Below, one piece after another: positions 1-19,136 of a stretch of DNA of 64,000 nucleotides. The stretch is from the human T2T-CHM13v2.0 reference genome, Homo sapiens: the NCBI RefSeq assembly GCF_009914755.1, contig NC_060932.1; one strand, given 5' to 3'. The notes under the pieces are model-generated. The model did not search any database. It was not told the origin of the DNA and saw nothing but the letters and a program-made list of their open reading frames with translations. The translations under genes were made by a program, and so were the position numbers. Position 1 is the first letter of the stretch; each line of letters begins with the position of its first letter.

Positions 1-188
1 CTAGAATCAAGCAACACCCCATTCTTTTTTCTAGTCTAATAAATTTTTATTTTTAATATATACCCCTTGATTTTATTTTATCCTACAAGGAAAACACATA
101 CAATAATTTACAGAAATTTGGTAACAGTCAATCAGCAGGGTAGGCTAATTTGGAACACTATAAACACACACGAAAAAAAATTTTAATT

Positions 189-306
189 GGCTATCATTTC
201 ACACATCTGTAGTTCTAGCTATTCAGGAGGCTGATGTGGAAGGATTGCTGAAGCCCAAAATTTCAACACCAGTCTGGGCAACATAGCCATATCTAACTGA
301 AAAAAT
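189..306 (+). mobile_element. Alu monomer (FLAM-like)
   Basis: Diverged single Alu arm (ctgtagttctagctattcaggaggctga...cagtctgggcaacatagc) ending in a short A run. Confidence 0.75.
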
Positions 307-377
307 TTGAAGACATTGTTATGTATGTGTATATATTATGTAATTGTGATTCTTTTTAAAAGTTACTTTAATTATAT

Positions 378-1819
378 ATTTTTTATTAATTGATATGTAA
401 TAATTCTACATATTTGTGGGGTACAGTGTGATACATTTTGATGCATATATATACTGTGCCATGATCAATTAAAAGTAATTAGCATATCAATCACCTCAAA
501 CCTTTGTCATTTCTTTCTGTGAGTAACGTTCAAAATACACTAGATGCTCCAGTGTTGGGTGCATATATATATATATATTTACAATTGTTATTCCTCATGA
601 TGAATTGATCCCTTTGTCATTACATAGTGACCTTTTTTGTCTGTCTTTAGGTTTTTGAATTAAAGTTTATTTTATCTAAGTAGAGCTACTCTTGTTCACT
701 TACAATTTCCATTTGCATAGAATCCATTTTTCCATTTCATTTTCAGTCTGTGTGTGTCTTTACAGGTAAAGTGGTTTTCTTTCAGACAGCATATATTTCA
801 GTCCTTTTTTTCCATTCAGTACCATGCTGTTTTGGTTACTGTAGCCCTGCAGTATAGTTTGAAATTGTGCAGTTGTTAGTGTGATGCCTCCAGATTTTTT
901 TCTTTTTGCTTAGGATTGCTTTGGCTATTCAGACTCTTTCTTGGTTGCACGTGTGTTTTAAAATAGGTTTTTCTAATTCTCTAAAAACTGGCATTGGTAG
1001 TTTGATGAGAACAGGATTGAATTTGTAAATTGCTTTTGGCAGTATGCATTTTAACAATATTGATTCTTCTTATAGAATGTTTTTCAATTTGCTTGTGTCA
1101 TCTCTGATTTCTTTCAGGAGTGTTTCATAATTCTTATTGTAGAAATAGTTCATCTCCCTTGTTAGCTCTATTACTATGTATTTTATTCTTTTTGTGGATC
1201 TTGAGAATGAGATCGCATTCTTGATTTGGCTCTCAGCTTGAACATTACTAGTGTATAAAACTGCTACTGGTTTTCGTACACTGATTTTGTAGTCTGAAAA
1301 TTTACTAAAGTGGTTTACCAGTTCTAGGAGGCTTTGGGAAGATACTATAGATTTTTCTAGGTGTAGAAATATATCATCAGTGAAGAGAGATAGCTTGACT
1401 TCCTTTCTTCCTGTTTGGATGCCTTTTATTTCTTTCTCTTGCCTGATCACTGTGGCTAGGACTTCCAGTATTAGATTCAAGAGGAGTAAGCATCCTTGTC
1501 TTGTCTGATTTTCTTGCATGTGAGTTGACTCTTTTCTTCACCTGTTTTTATAATTAACTTCGTCTTTGACTTTTGACAATTTGACTATAATATGTCTTAA
1601 AGAGGACTTTTTTGAATTGTAAATATGTAGTGACTTTTGAGTTTCTTTGGTCTTGCTGTCTATATCTGTCCCAGGACTTGGTATGTTAGCAGCTGTTATT
1701 TTATTAAATAGTTTTTCTATGCCTTTTTTCCTATCTCTTCTCCTTCTTAAATTCCCATAATACAAATGTTTAGTTGATTAATGATGTCTATATGTCCTGG
1801 AGGCCTTCTTTATTCTTAT

Positions 1820-1861
<42 letters not shown>

Positions 1862-2790
1862 CTGGTTTATTTCAGACCTGTTTTCAGGTTCAGAGATTCT
1901 TTCCTGTACTTGATCTAGTCTGATGTCGAACTTCTTGACTGCATTTTTTACTTCATTCATTTAATTCTTCAGTTCCAAGACTTCTGCTTGGTTCTTTGTT
2001 ATGATTTCTATCTCTTGGTTGAATTAATTTGTATCTGTGCTCCTGATATGGTTTAGTCTATATTATCTTGTGTTTTACTGTGTTTCTTTAAGATTATTAT
2101 TTTGATTTCATTCGCAGGCAATTTGTACATTTCTATTTTCTAGGAGTTAGTACCTGGATAATTATTGTGTTTCTTTTATAGTGTCATGTTTTCTTACTTT
2201 TTGTTTCTTACATGCCTGCACTGACATCTGTACATCTGGTAAAATAGTAATATTTTCCAGTTTTATAGAGTGGCTTTCATCGAGAAAGACTTTTACTTGC
2301 AGATATTTCTAGGGTATTCGTTGGGTAGGGTGCCTTAGTTTTTTCTTTTTGGGTGCAGGAGTATAGTTTTTAATACAGTATCTTCAGCTATATGCAGTGC
2401 CAGTATTGCCAGTGATTGCCTCAATGGCTTATCCTGAAGAAGTCTGTGTGGCTGGTCTACATACTTGGGCTCTGCTCTTCTGAAGCAAGGCATCAGGCAG
2501 GTACCTCCTCTGGTGGTTGTGTTTCAGCACTGCTACCCTGGGGGCTGGGTGTTAGGCAAGATCCCATTTTGACAGCACAGGGCTAGTTAGCTGGTTGCTC
2601 AGCTCAGGCATTTTTTTATGTGGCCATTCTTAGTCTTCATAACCCATAGCATCTCCCTAAGTCCCTTGATGAACTCCAACTTTCTCCCTCAAACACTCTT
2701 ATCAAAATATAGCTGTTATTTATTGTTTTGGTCCTTTTCTGTGGGGAAATAATTGTCAGGACCCCTGGTCAGTCACCTTTCTGATGTCAA
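378..2790 (-). mobile_element. Old L1 (L1MA/L1PB-like) mosaic: 5'UTR-like + ORF1 part + ORF2 RT/post-RT part + ORF2 EN part + 3' end
   Basis: ORF 1070-1519 reads [25 protein letters not shown] (ORF2 RT). ORFs 1538-1960 are ORF1-like (RLDQVQERISE, RHIIVKLSKVKD). 540-819 is antisense to the EN region (NIYAPNTGA). 378-535 resembles an L1MA 3' terminus. Confidence 0.8.
1822..1860. repeat. (GT)n microsatellite inside L1 ORF1 remnant
   Basis: Uninterrupted gt repeat of about 19 units. Confidence 0.98.
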
Positions 2791-2891
2791 CCAGTGTTAA
2801 CATTGCAGGAATGTTTGGCAAACTGGTAGGGCAGGTCTTACAAATTCCCAGCCAGTTGCTGAGAAGATTCCATAACAATGATCCAAGCTGA

Positions 2892-4170
2892 TCTCTTACT
2901 TACACCTTATACAAAAATTAACTCGAGATAGATTAAAGACTCAAACATAAGACCTAAAACCACAAAAAACCCTACAAGACAAACTAGGCAATACCATTCA
3001 GGACATAGGCATGGGCAAAGACTTTATGACTAAAACACCATAAGCAATGCTAAAAAAGCCAAAATTGACAAATGGGATCTAATTAAACTAAAGAGCTTCT
3101 GCACAGCAAAATAAACTATCCTCAGAGTGAACAGGCAACCTACAGAATGGGAGAAAATCATTGCAATCAATCCATCTGAAAAAGGGCTAATATCCAGAAT
3201 CTACAAAGAACTTAAACAAATTTACAAGAAAAAAAACAACAAACAATCCCATCAAAAAGTGAGTGAAGAATATGAACAGATGCTTCTCAAAAGAAGATAT
3301 TTATGCAGCCAACAAACATATGAAAAGAAGTTCATCATCACTGGTCATTAGAGAAATGCAAATCAAAACCACAAGGAGATACCATCTCATGCCAGTTAGA
3401 ATGGTGACCATTAAGGTCAGGAAACAACAGACGCTGGAAATGATGTGGAGAAACGGGAATGCTTTTATACTGTTGGTGGGAGTGTAAATTAGTTCAATCA
3501 TTGTGGAAGACAGTGTGGCGATTCCTCAAGGATCTAGAACTAGAAATACCATTTGACCCAGCAATCCCTTTACTGGTATATACCCAAAGGATTATAAATC
3601 ATTCTACTATAAAGACATATGCACATGTATGTTTATTGCAGCACTGTTCACAATAGCAAAGACTTGGAACCAACCCAAATGCCCATCAATGATAGACTGG
3701 ATAAAGAAAATGTGGCACATATACATCTTGGAATACTATGCAGCCATAAAAAGGATGAGTTCATGTCCTTTGCAGGGACATGGATGATTCTGGAAACCAT
3801 CATTCTCAGCAAACTAACACAAAAACAGAAAGAACAAGAACATAAACCAAAGCAAACTAACACAAGAACAGAAAACCAAACACCAAACCAAACCCCGCAT
3901 GTTCTCACTCATAAGTGGGAGTTGAACAATGAGAACACATGGACACAGGGATGGGAACATCACACACGGGGCCCTTTTGGTGGTGCCTAGGGGAGGGAAA
4001 GTGTTAGAAGAAATACCTAATATAGATGATGGGTTGATGGGTGCAGCATACCACCATGGCATGTGTATACCTATGTAACAAACCTGCACGTTCTGCACAT
4101 GTATCCCAGAACTTAAATTATAATAATAAAAATAAATAAAAAATATTTTCTCTACTTCTTTGAAAAAAAA
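2892..4170 (+). mobile_element. 5'-truncated L1PA7/8-like element with short 3' transduction
   Basis: ORF2 C-terminal fragments ([23 protein letters not shown]); 3'UTR ending tatcccagaacttaaa; 15-bp TSD AATGATCCAAGCTGA at 2877-2891 and 4171-4185. Confidence 0.93.
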
Positions 4171-4408
4171 AATGATCCAAGCTGAGAATATTACTTGTAA
4201 TCAGATACAAACTGGGTATGACTGTCAGCACAGCCCAACTAAAATATATATATTTTTCCACTTTGTTAGGGGATGGAGAAGTCGAGACCAGAGATGGAAG
4301 GCCTTCTTAGTACACAACTGTTCATCTTAAGTGGCAAAATATCCAGACACAAATATCTTGTCTCAGAAACAAAAGAGAAGAGGTAGCATTTGGTGTCACA
4401 AAGATCCC

Positions 4409-4795
4409 TAATATGGTTTCACTCTGTGTCTGCAGCCAAATTTCATGTTGAATTGTAATTCCCATGTGTTGAAGGAGAGGCCATGTGGGAGGTGATTGAA
4501 ACATAGTGATGGACTTCACTCTTGCTGTCCTTGTGATAGCGAATGAGTTCTCACAAGATCTGGTTGTTTAAACGTGTGTGGCACTTTCCCTTGCTCTCTC
4601 TCTCTCTTTCCTGCTCTGCCATGGTAAGATGTGCTTTCTTCCCCTTTGACTACCACCATGATTATAAGTTTCCTGAAGCCTCTAAGCCATTCTTTTGTAC
4701 AGCCTGTGGAACCGTGAGTCAATTAAACCTATTTTCTTCATAAATTACCCAGTCTTAGATAGTTCTTTATAGCAGTGTGAGAATGGACTAATACA
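4409..4795 (+). mobile_element. MaLR solo LTR (THE1D/MSTA-like)
   Basis: Starts taatatggtttcactctgtgtc and ends aaattacccagtc...gtgtgagaatggactaataca. Confidence 0.9.
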
Positions 4796-5849
4796 ATACT
4801 TTTCACCTGAATAGGTCCCCAGAACTTTTCCCTCCACTCTGTTTCAGGAATTTGTGCAAGGCATTAAGGCACCTCAATTCCTCCAAGAGTGGAATTGGAA
4901 GGGAGGAGCCATCTCTCCATTACCTCCATACTCACACCACCATGCAGTATGGCATTCAGAGAGCTCAGTCACTAGTCACCAACTAGTCTTCTGAGCAGCA
5001 GTTGAGTTCACAGCTCTTGGAGCAGCATGGAGAGAGGAAACACCTCCATGACAAAGGAAGCAGACCAGTCACTCCACCCCACAGAAACTCACAAATGTTG
5101 GATCTGTGGATAGGCAATACAACCCCTGAAGAACTCAAAAATACTGAGAGATAAGTTTTAAATTTTTGCAAGGGCAACACTTCCTTCAGAAGCAGACTGT
5201 ATTCAAAATACAATTAGATTGGTTACACTATCACTGTCACTACGTTGTGTGATCTACTGCTTCATATTTCAAAGGACATCTTTACATGTATTATTTTATT
5301 AAAATAATCTAGAAAAATGAACATTCACCCGTTTCTCCAGTTTTACCAGTGAGTTCCAAGTGAAGTACACTAATTCAGTAAAGAAGCAGTAAAAAGTGTG
5401 GCATGAACATAATGAAATTGCCTACCTTTCTGGGTGAAGCTAAGAATTATGAGGCTTCAGAGCATTTCCCCAGAATGAGAACTAGATTCTCCTGCTTCAT
5501 ATGTCCCAATCAATGGCACAACTGCCCACCCTCTATCCCTGCAACTAACCAAAATCCAGATATTTTTATACCTTTGAAGGAAGGACAACATTCACAGAGA
5601 TTCAGTTTCAGTGAGTACGTTATGAGAGGCTAATGGAGAACAGCTGCATTCCAAACTTATTTCTTTATGGTGAGCTAATAAAGGATAGATTGCTCACAGG
5701 GTGAAAAGAAGTGTGAAAATACATCTGAATCTTTGAAACACTGCCACAGATGACAGCAAAATAACTATGCCAATAAGATTTGAGGACATATTGCAATCTA
5801 TGCCACTGTTGCCCACTCTATATGAAAACACAACACAATTACAAAAACT

Positions 5850-6290
5850 AAATAACATTTATTTAACATTTATTAACCTCTTATTGTGCATCAAGCTCTG
5901 TGCTAAACTTCGGGAATTGAAAACAAATAGAACACTATCCGTCTCTTCAGGAGCTCACATTTTGTTGTCTGTTGGAGACAGATAATTGAACAAACAATTA
6001 TAATAGTGTGGGAAGTGCTATAATAAAACCATATGCAAGGGCTTACAGAAACACAGAGGAGTAAATCTCCAATTCTGCTCATCTTTCAGAAAACAAAAGA
6101 AGAGATTCCTCCAAAAAGGCTTGCAAAATAAAAATTAAACCAAAATCATAATTAAAGCCAATTTCAAGTGACTGTTCACTCTGATCTAGGAACATTGCTA
6201 AGCACTTGACATAGATTATCTCATTGAATCCTTATAAATCTCCCTTTGTTTGGGGTCTTATTCCTATACCCATTTCACAAGGTACATGGT
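5850..6290 (-). mobile_element. L2 3' fragment followed by MIR fragment
   Basis: catttattaacctc..tgtgctaaac..ggagctcaca (L2 end); ctaagcacttgacatagattatctcattgaatcct..cccatttcaca (MIR). Confidence 0.55.
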
Positions 6291-6397
6291 GTCAGTATTA
6301 AAAGTCACCATAGAGGTTTGAAAGTTGTTAGTATTCTCATGGTACTATAGCTGTTTTTCTTTTTTTTTTTTTAATTATCACAATCCATCTTAAATAA

Positions 6398-9663
<3,266 letters not shown>

Positions 9664-9862
9664 ACATTGAGATCACATGGACACAGGAAGGGGAATATCA
9701 CACTCTGGGGACTGTTGTGGGGTGGGGGGAGGGGGGAGGGATAGCCTTGGGAGATATACCTAATGCTAGGTGACGAGTTAATGGGTGCAGCGCACCAGCA
9801 TGGCATGTGTATACATATGTAACTAACCTGCACATTGTGCACATGTACCCTAAAACTTAAAG

Positions 9863-9864
<2 letters not shown>

Positions 9865-9894
<30 letters not shown>
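9865..9894. repeat. (TAA)n microsatellite derived from the L1 tail
   Basis: About 10 taa units directly after the L1 3' end. Confidence 0.95.
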
Positions 9895-9898
<4 letters not shown>

Positions 9899-11064
9899 AA
9901 GGAAAAAAGAGAAAAAAAGTTAAAGTTTTTTTGATATAATACTACCACTACAGTTTACACTTCTAAAAGGAAGTGACTTATGTCTAGTTTCAAACTGATG
10001 TAATTCACATAGTAGCATCTCAATACATTTTGTTTTAAATTTAATGAAGTCATGTGAAAATGTTCCAGTGCTGTTAAGAGGCTGTTATATAATTTTAAGT
10101 CTGAGATGTTGAAGGAAGGAAGAATAAGAACTGGAATAACAAAACATGAGTATAATGTCATTAAGGTTCACTATAACATGGTCAGCAGGCACTGAAGAGA
10201 AACAGTAACGATAAAAAGAGCTTGTCCAATAAAACTTTGTCTGGTTTTCTCAGTGCTCACATTGTGCTCTGGCATCACACTTCCACTTCATGCTCAGGAC
10301 ATGTCCTTATATCCATATTGTGCTTCCCACGTTAAAATGTACTTTATCATATCTTATTGTGCAAATAGAGTCAATCTCAGGACCTATGATTATCTCTCTA
10401 GAGTACAGAAACTATTTTTGGACTGCCTCTTTTCCTAAATTTTCAGCTCCAGCCTTGTGTTTACCCATGGTGTACTTAGATGGATATAATAATAAGCATC
10501 ACTGAGTTTCAGAATCTGGAACCTCCTAATACCAGTGCTACCTATTCCTAAAAGGGGCCACTGATGATCTGGAACATCTTCTCCAGCTGCCACCACCCAT
10601 GAACTATGCAAGGAAGTGAAACATAAAAGGATGGAATTGGTAGCATGACCCTGTTCTACGTTGTGTTCTCTCCAGAAGTAGAAGAAAGCAATGGCATGAA
10701 AGTCAAGAGATGGTTACCATATGTCTTACTCTTAAAATTAGTTACAGTCACAAAAGGAAAGCTAAAATAAAAAAATACGTAATTAGTATAAATGGCCACT
10801 CTCACTTTTAATAGTGTTCAGGTTTTAACTAGGAGGCCAAAGCTTTTTAGAACCTATAGATTTCTTATTTCCTACAAACTCTGTGTGTCAGTGTACAGCT
10901 AAAAATTACAGGGAAATTGCTATCGCAATCACATCAGGGAAATGTAATGGCTAAAAGCTTCACAGACGGCTTCCAGTCACGCAAAGAAGGATGTGTTAAA
11001 AATCTAAATTCCTGAGAGAAACTGCTGCCTTATCCTTGAGGGTTCTAAAAAGTACAATGAGGAA

Positions 11065-11440
11065 TGAAAACTGACTATTGGATTTGGCAATGTGAAAACT
11101 TTGTTAAGAGTGGCAAAAACAGCCTCTGTTGAAGTAGAGAAAAACGTCTGTCTAGACTTGATTCAAGAGAGAATGAGAGCAGAGACTTGAATAAAGCATA
11201 GATGAATTTTTCATATAAAACAAAGAGAGAGAAAAGGATCAGTAGCCATATAATTAGGTTGGGAAGACAGAGGGGCTTTTTTTATCTCTTAAGGAGGGAG
11301 AAATAAAAATATGTTATGTTGATGTGAATAATCCAATAGAAAGAGGATAACTGATAATTCAGGAAAGAAAAGGGAGAATTCCTAAAATAGGAAACTAAAA
11401 TAAGTTTCAGCACACTAGTAGAAAGGTTGTCTTTGTCAGG
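11065..11440 (-). mobile_element. L2 fragment
   Basis: tgactattggatttggcaatgtga..attcaagagagaatgagag resembles antisense L2. Confidence 0.5.
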
Positions 11441-12344
11441 AAAGTGGAAATAGGACTCACATTAAAGATGTAAATGTATGAATGACAGGACATAAAATCT
11501 TATAATAAAAAAGCCGAGTTTGCCAAACTCATGTGATCATGGTACACTTTTGTTGTAGTACGTTTTTCAGCCTCTCCCAGAATATGCTTGTGCCATATTC
11601 CTAATCAATGTACTATCCAGTAATTACAACCATGAAATTGTTATGAGTCATTTCTACTTCTCTCAATATGTCAGTCAAGACAATCCAAAGATCCAGTCAC
11701 TACATACAACACACATACGTTGAAGACCTACATCCTTCATGAAAGTGTGGGCTAGTAATAATCTGTCAACTGACAAAGAAAATAATAAAAAGCATGCCTC
11801 CCTCAGCCTTAGTTTAGGTTGAAGTAAAAAACAGAACTCCTGGATAGCCCCAAGCTTGCTCCAACCACGTATAAGTTTGGAATTTAAATTTATATTACAC
11901 TACATAACTCATACCACTGTGGCACTTAGGAGAACCCACACAAAATCTGGCTTATTATCATGCTCCTCAGTAGAAGATGTGAAGATGAGGATTTATCTGC
12001 AAATGATTTATTAAGGAAATGCTCCCCACAGAAATCAGTTAAACAACTAGGGGAAGTAGGACAAGAAAGAGTAAAAGCTCACTAAGCCTTCAATGTCAGG
12101 CAAAGACCCAGCTTCAGCTGCTCCTGTGTTTGCATCCTCCAGAGTGAAAATTATACTTCTGAGTTCATCCTACCTTAAGGCAAGTGAATTGAGCTTTTCT
12201 AATGTGAGTCATAGGCTACAATCCACTCAGGTGGGGAAATAAACTTTTAGACAGTTTGACTCTCTGAGCCTGCAAAACAGAATTTTAAAAATGGTCCAAA
12301 GAGCATCATCTCAAGGAGAACACAGGTATGTACCACAGAAGCAA

Positions 12345-12394
12345 AGCACACAGAAGATGGGAGATGAATAGCACACAGAAGATGGGAGATGAAT
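12345..12394. repeat. Perfect 25-bp tandem duplication
   Basis: AGCACACAGAAGATGGGAGATGAAT x2 (12345-12369, 12370-12394). Confidence 0.95.
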
Positions 12395-12559
12395 ACACAC
12401 AATCTCTACAAGGGACCTGGAGACATCTAGGTGGAACACCAACATTTTCTAATATCCAAACCCTTCTGGACAGTCTCTCCTCAAACCAGTTTGCACAAAA
12501 ATGTCTTAAAAGCAAAATATTGAAGATGTGTTCAAGTACAAGTTACAAATACATGAGCA

Positions 12560-13170
12560 AACAACTCACTATGAGTGAAAGTCAGCAGACACATCCTCAA
12601 ATTTATTAAAGTAGACCTATGAATTAGAGGTATTTCTAACAATTGTCATAAAAAAGCATTTATTAGATGAAAAGAGAAAAAGACAATAGTATGTCTAGAA
12701 ATGAAAACTATAAGAATTACACCTAGGTAAAACTCAATGAGTTAAAGAAGGACTGGACACAAATAAAGAGAAATGGTAGATCAGAAACAGATATGAGGAA
12801 ATTTTCAAAATTGTAACACATGGAGAGAAAGAGATGGGAAAGAGAATCAGGGGCTTCCTAGTCAGAGTGGCAGACCAATATATATATATATATATACATA
12901 TATTTAGACATTCTCCAAGGATATGGTAGAGAATGGGAAAGAGACATTATTATAATAGTTGAGAATTATTCAGAATTGATTAAAGACATAAATCTTCAGA
13001 TTCAACATAAATCCCAAGTTAGATTTAAAAAATAAACAACTGGACATCCTGTAAGGAAATAACAGCAGAATGGCAAAGACAATAACATCTTAAACAGAGG
13101 AACCACAAGTCAGCTGAGAACAGACTTCTCAAAAATAAAACAGGAGCCAGAATATAATATAATAAAATGG
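12560..13170 (+). mobile_element. Ancient L1/HAL1-like ORF1 remnant
   Basis: gagaattattcagaattgattaaagacataaatcttcagattcaa..cagacttctca motifs typical of old ORF1. Confidence 0.55.
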
Positions 13171-13994
13171 TGGAAGCAATTTGTTTTTGCTAATTAGTGT
13201 ATATTTTGCTGTCACAAATGTGTACAAGCACAAACATTTGCACACACACACTTGTGTACAGACGTGCACACACAGTCTGACTCTAAACTGTTAATGAGCT
13301 TTTCAATATATAAATACTATATTTTGAGAAAACTTTTGGAAATAAAAATTAAACCTAGAAAATAAAAATTAAAAAACGGAAATCATTTAATACTATCTCA
13401 TAATATATATTTGCCTTTAGAACAAACATGACCAAAGAAAGACCACCGTTTTTATTATCTGAAATATAAGTTACACAAAATCATATTCATATTTTCTAAA
13501 GTAGAAGCCTACCAGAGCTGAAAGGTGAAGTCCAAAAAATTGAGTGATTGTACACTTCACTGATTTTTAGAAATAAAGAACACATAGGTTAATTATAACT
13601 TGAAATTATAAAAACCTTTCCTTTTCAAAGTTAAAACTTCAAACTACTATGAAAAGTGTTATGTTTAATTATTACAAATAGAAATGTGAAGTACTGAAGT
13701 TATTGTGCTGGAGCTGAATTTTTAAATTGTCAAGTCACAATTAGCTCCAAATAAACACATGATTGTTATACACAGAAAAAAAATATTTTGTAGTTTTTTG
13801 TGGGAAATGGAGAGAGTATATTTCAGGATTATATATATATAATGTGTACAAGTGTATGCATACAAAATAATGTATGATATATAATATATAAATTATGTAT
13901 AAGCATATATTATATATAAATACAAAATTATATATTAAAAATATATTCCTTTAAACTAAGACAAGCTTTGGGGAATTAAAAATTAGCAGTAATT

Positions 13995-15025
13995 GAAATT
14001 TGGTGGACCCAAGATGGCCGAATCGGAACAGCTCCAGTCTACCCCTCCCAGTGTGAGCGACGGAGAAGACGAATGATTTCTGCATTCCCAACGGAGGTAC
14101 TGGGTGCATCTCACTAGGGATTGTCAGGCAGTGGGTGCAGGACAGTGGGTGCAGTGCACTGACCCTGACCCGAAGCAGGGCGAGGCATCACCTCATGCCG
14201 GAAGTGCAAGGGGTCAGGGAATTCCCTTTCCTCGCCAAGGAAAGGGGTGACAGACGGCACCTAGAAAATCGGGTCACTCCCACCCTAACACTGTGCTTTT
14301 CTGATGGTCTTACAAACGGCACACCAGGAGACTATATCCCACGCCTAGCTCGGAGGGTCCTATGCCCAAGGAGCCTCACTCATTGCTAGCACACCAGTCT
14401 GAGATCAAACTGTCAGGCAACAGCGAGGCTGGGGTAGGGGAGCCTGCAATTGCCGAGGCTTGAGTAGGTAAACAAAGTGGCTGGGAAGCTCTAACTGGGT
14501 GGAGCCCGCTGCAGCTCAAGGAGGCCTGCCTGCCTCTTTAGACTCCACCCCTAGGGGCAGGACATAGCCAAACAAAATGCAGCAGAAACCTCTGCAGACT
14601 TAACTGTCCCTGTCTGACAGCTTTGAAGAGAGTAGTGGTTCTCCCGGCATGCAGTTTGAGATCTGAGAATGGACAGACTGCCTCCTCAAGTGGGTCCTTG
14701 ACCCCCGAGTAGCCTAACTGGGAGGCACCCCCCAGTAGGGGCAGACTGACACCTCACACGGCCGGGTACTCCTCTGAGACAAAACTTTCACAGGAATGAT
14801 CAGGCAGCAATATTTACTGTTCACCAATGTCCGCTGTTCTGCAGCCTCCGCTGCTGATACCCAGGCAAACAGGGTCTGGAGTGGACCTCCAGCAAACTCC
14901 AACAGACCTGCACCTGAGGGTCCTGACTGTTAGAAGGAAAACTAACAAACAGAAAGGACATTCACACCAAAACCCCATCTGTACGTCACCATCATCAAAG
15001 ACTAAAGGTAGATAAAACCACAAAG
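13995..15025 (+). promoter_or_regulatory. L1 5'UTR internal promoter (YY1 site 14010-14020, antisense promoter region, ~129-bp ZNF93-target segment ~14769-14896)
   Basis: CAAGATGGCCG YY1 motif. The segment ctcctctgagac...cagcaaa between gggta and ctccaacagacc is present; it is absent from L1PA2/L1HS (established knowledge). Confidence 0.8.
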
Positions 15026-16043
15026 ATGGGGAAAAAACACAGCAGAAAAACTGGAAACTCTAAAAATCAGAGTGCCTCTCCTCCTCCAAAGAAATGCAGC
15101 TCCTCACTAGCAACAGAACAAAGCTGGACAGAGAATGACTTTGATGAGTTGAGAGAAGAAAGCTTCAGACAATCAAACTACTCCGAGCTAAAGGAGGAAG
15201 TTCGAACCCATGGCAAAGAAGTTAAAAACCTTGAAAAAAAATTAGACGAATGGCGAACTAGAATAACAAATGCAAAGAAATCCTTAAAGGACCTGATGGA
15301 GATGAAAAGCATGGCATGAGAACTACGTGACAAATGCACAAGCCTCAGTATCTGATTCGATCAACTGGAAGAAAGGATATCAGTGATAGAAGATCAAATG
15401 AATGAAATGAAGTGAGAAGAGAAGTTTAGAGAAAAAAGAATAAAAAGAAATGAAAAAAGCCTCCAAGAAATATGGGACTATGTGAAAAGACCAAATCTAC
15501 GTCTAATTGGTGTACCTGAAAGTGACGGGGAGAATAGAACCAAGTTGGAAAACACTCTGCAGGATTTTATCCAGGAGAACTTCCCCAATCTAGCAAGGCA
15601 TGCCAACATTAAAATTCAGGAAATACAAAGATTGCCACAAAGATACTCCTCGAGAAGAGCAACTACAAGACATATAATTTGTCAGATTCACCAAAGTTGA
15701 AATGAAGGAAAAAATGTTAAGGGCAGCCAGAGAGAAAGGTCAAGTTATCCACAAAGGGAAGCCCATCAGACTAACAGCTGATCTCTCGGCAGAAACTCTA
15801 CAAGCCAGAAGAAAGTGGGGGCCAATATTCAACATTCTTAAAGAAAAGAATTTTCAACCCAGATTTTCATATCCAGCCAAACTAAGCTTCATAAGTGAAG
15901 GAGAAATAAAATACTTTACAGACAAGCAAATGCTGAGAGATTTTGTCACCACCAGGCCTGCCCTAAAAGAGCTCCTGAAGGAAGCACTAAACATGGAAAG
16001 GAACAACTAGTACCAGCCACTGCAAAACCATGCCAAATTGTAA
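15026..16043 (+). pseudogene. L1 ORF1p, disrupted
   Basis: MGKKHSRKTGNSKNQSASPPPK start; stop at 15317-15319, further stops and a frameshift near 15680; original stop at 16041-16043. Confidence 0.93.
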
Positions 16044-16106
16044 AGACCATCGAGGTTAGGAAGAAACTGCATCAACTAACGAGCAAAATAACCAGCTAAC
16101 ATCATA

Positions 16107-19136
<3,030 letters not shown>

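Noticed and set aside
9707-9740. G-quadruplex-forming G-tract
   Set aside because: Standard feature of L1PA 3'UTRs (also near 19190 and 43520); not locus-specific.
14238-14450. L1 antisense ORF0
   Set aside because: The expected start reads ATT instead of ATG on the minus strand (gcaattgcc at 14446-14454), and no matching ORF appears in the track.
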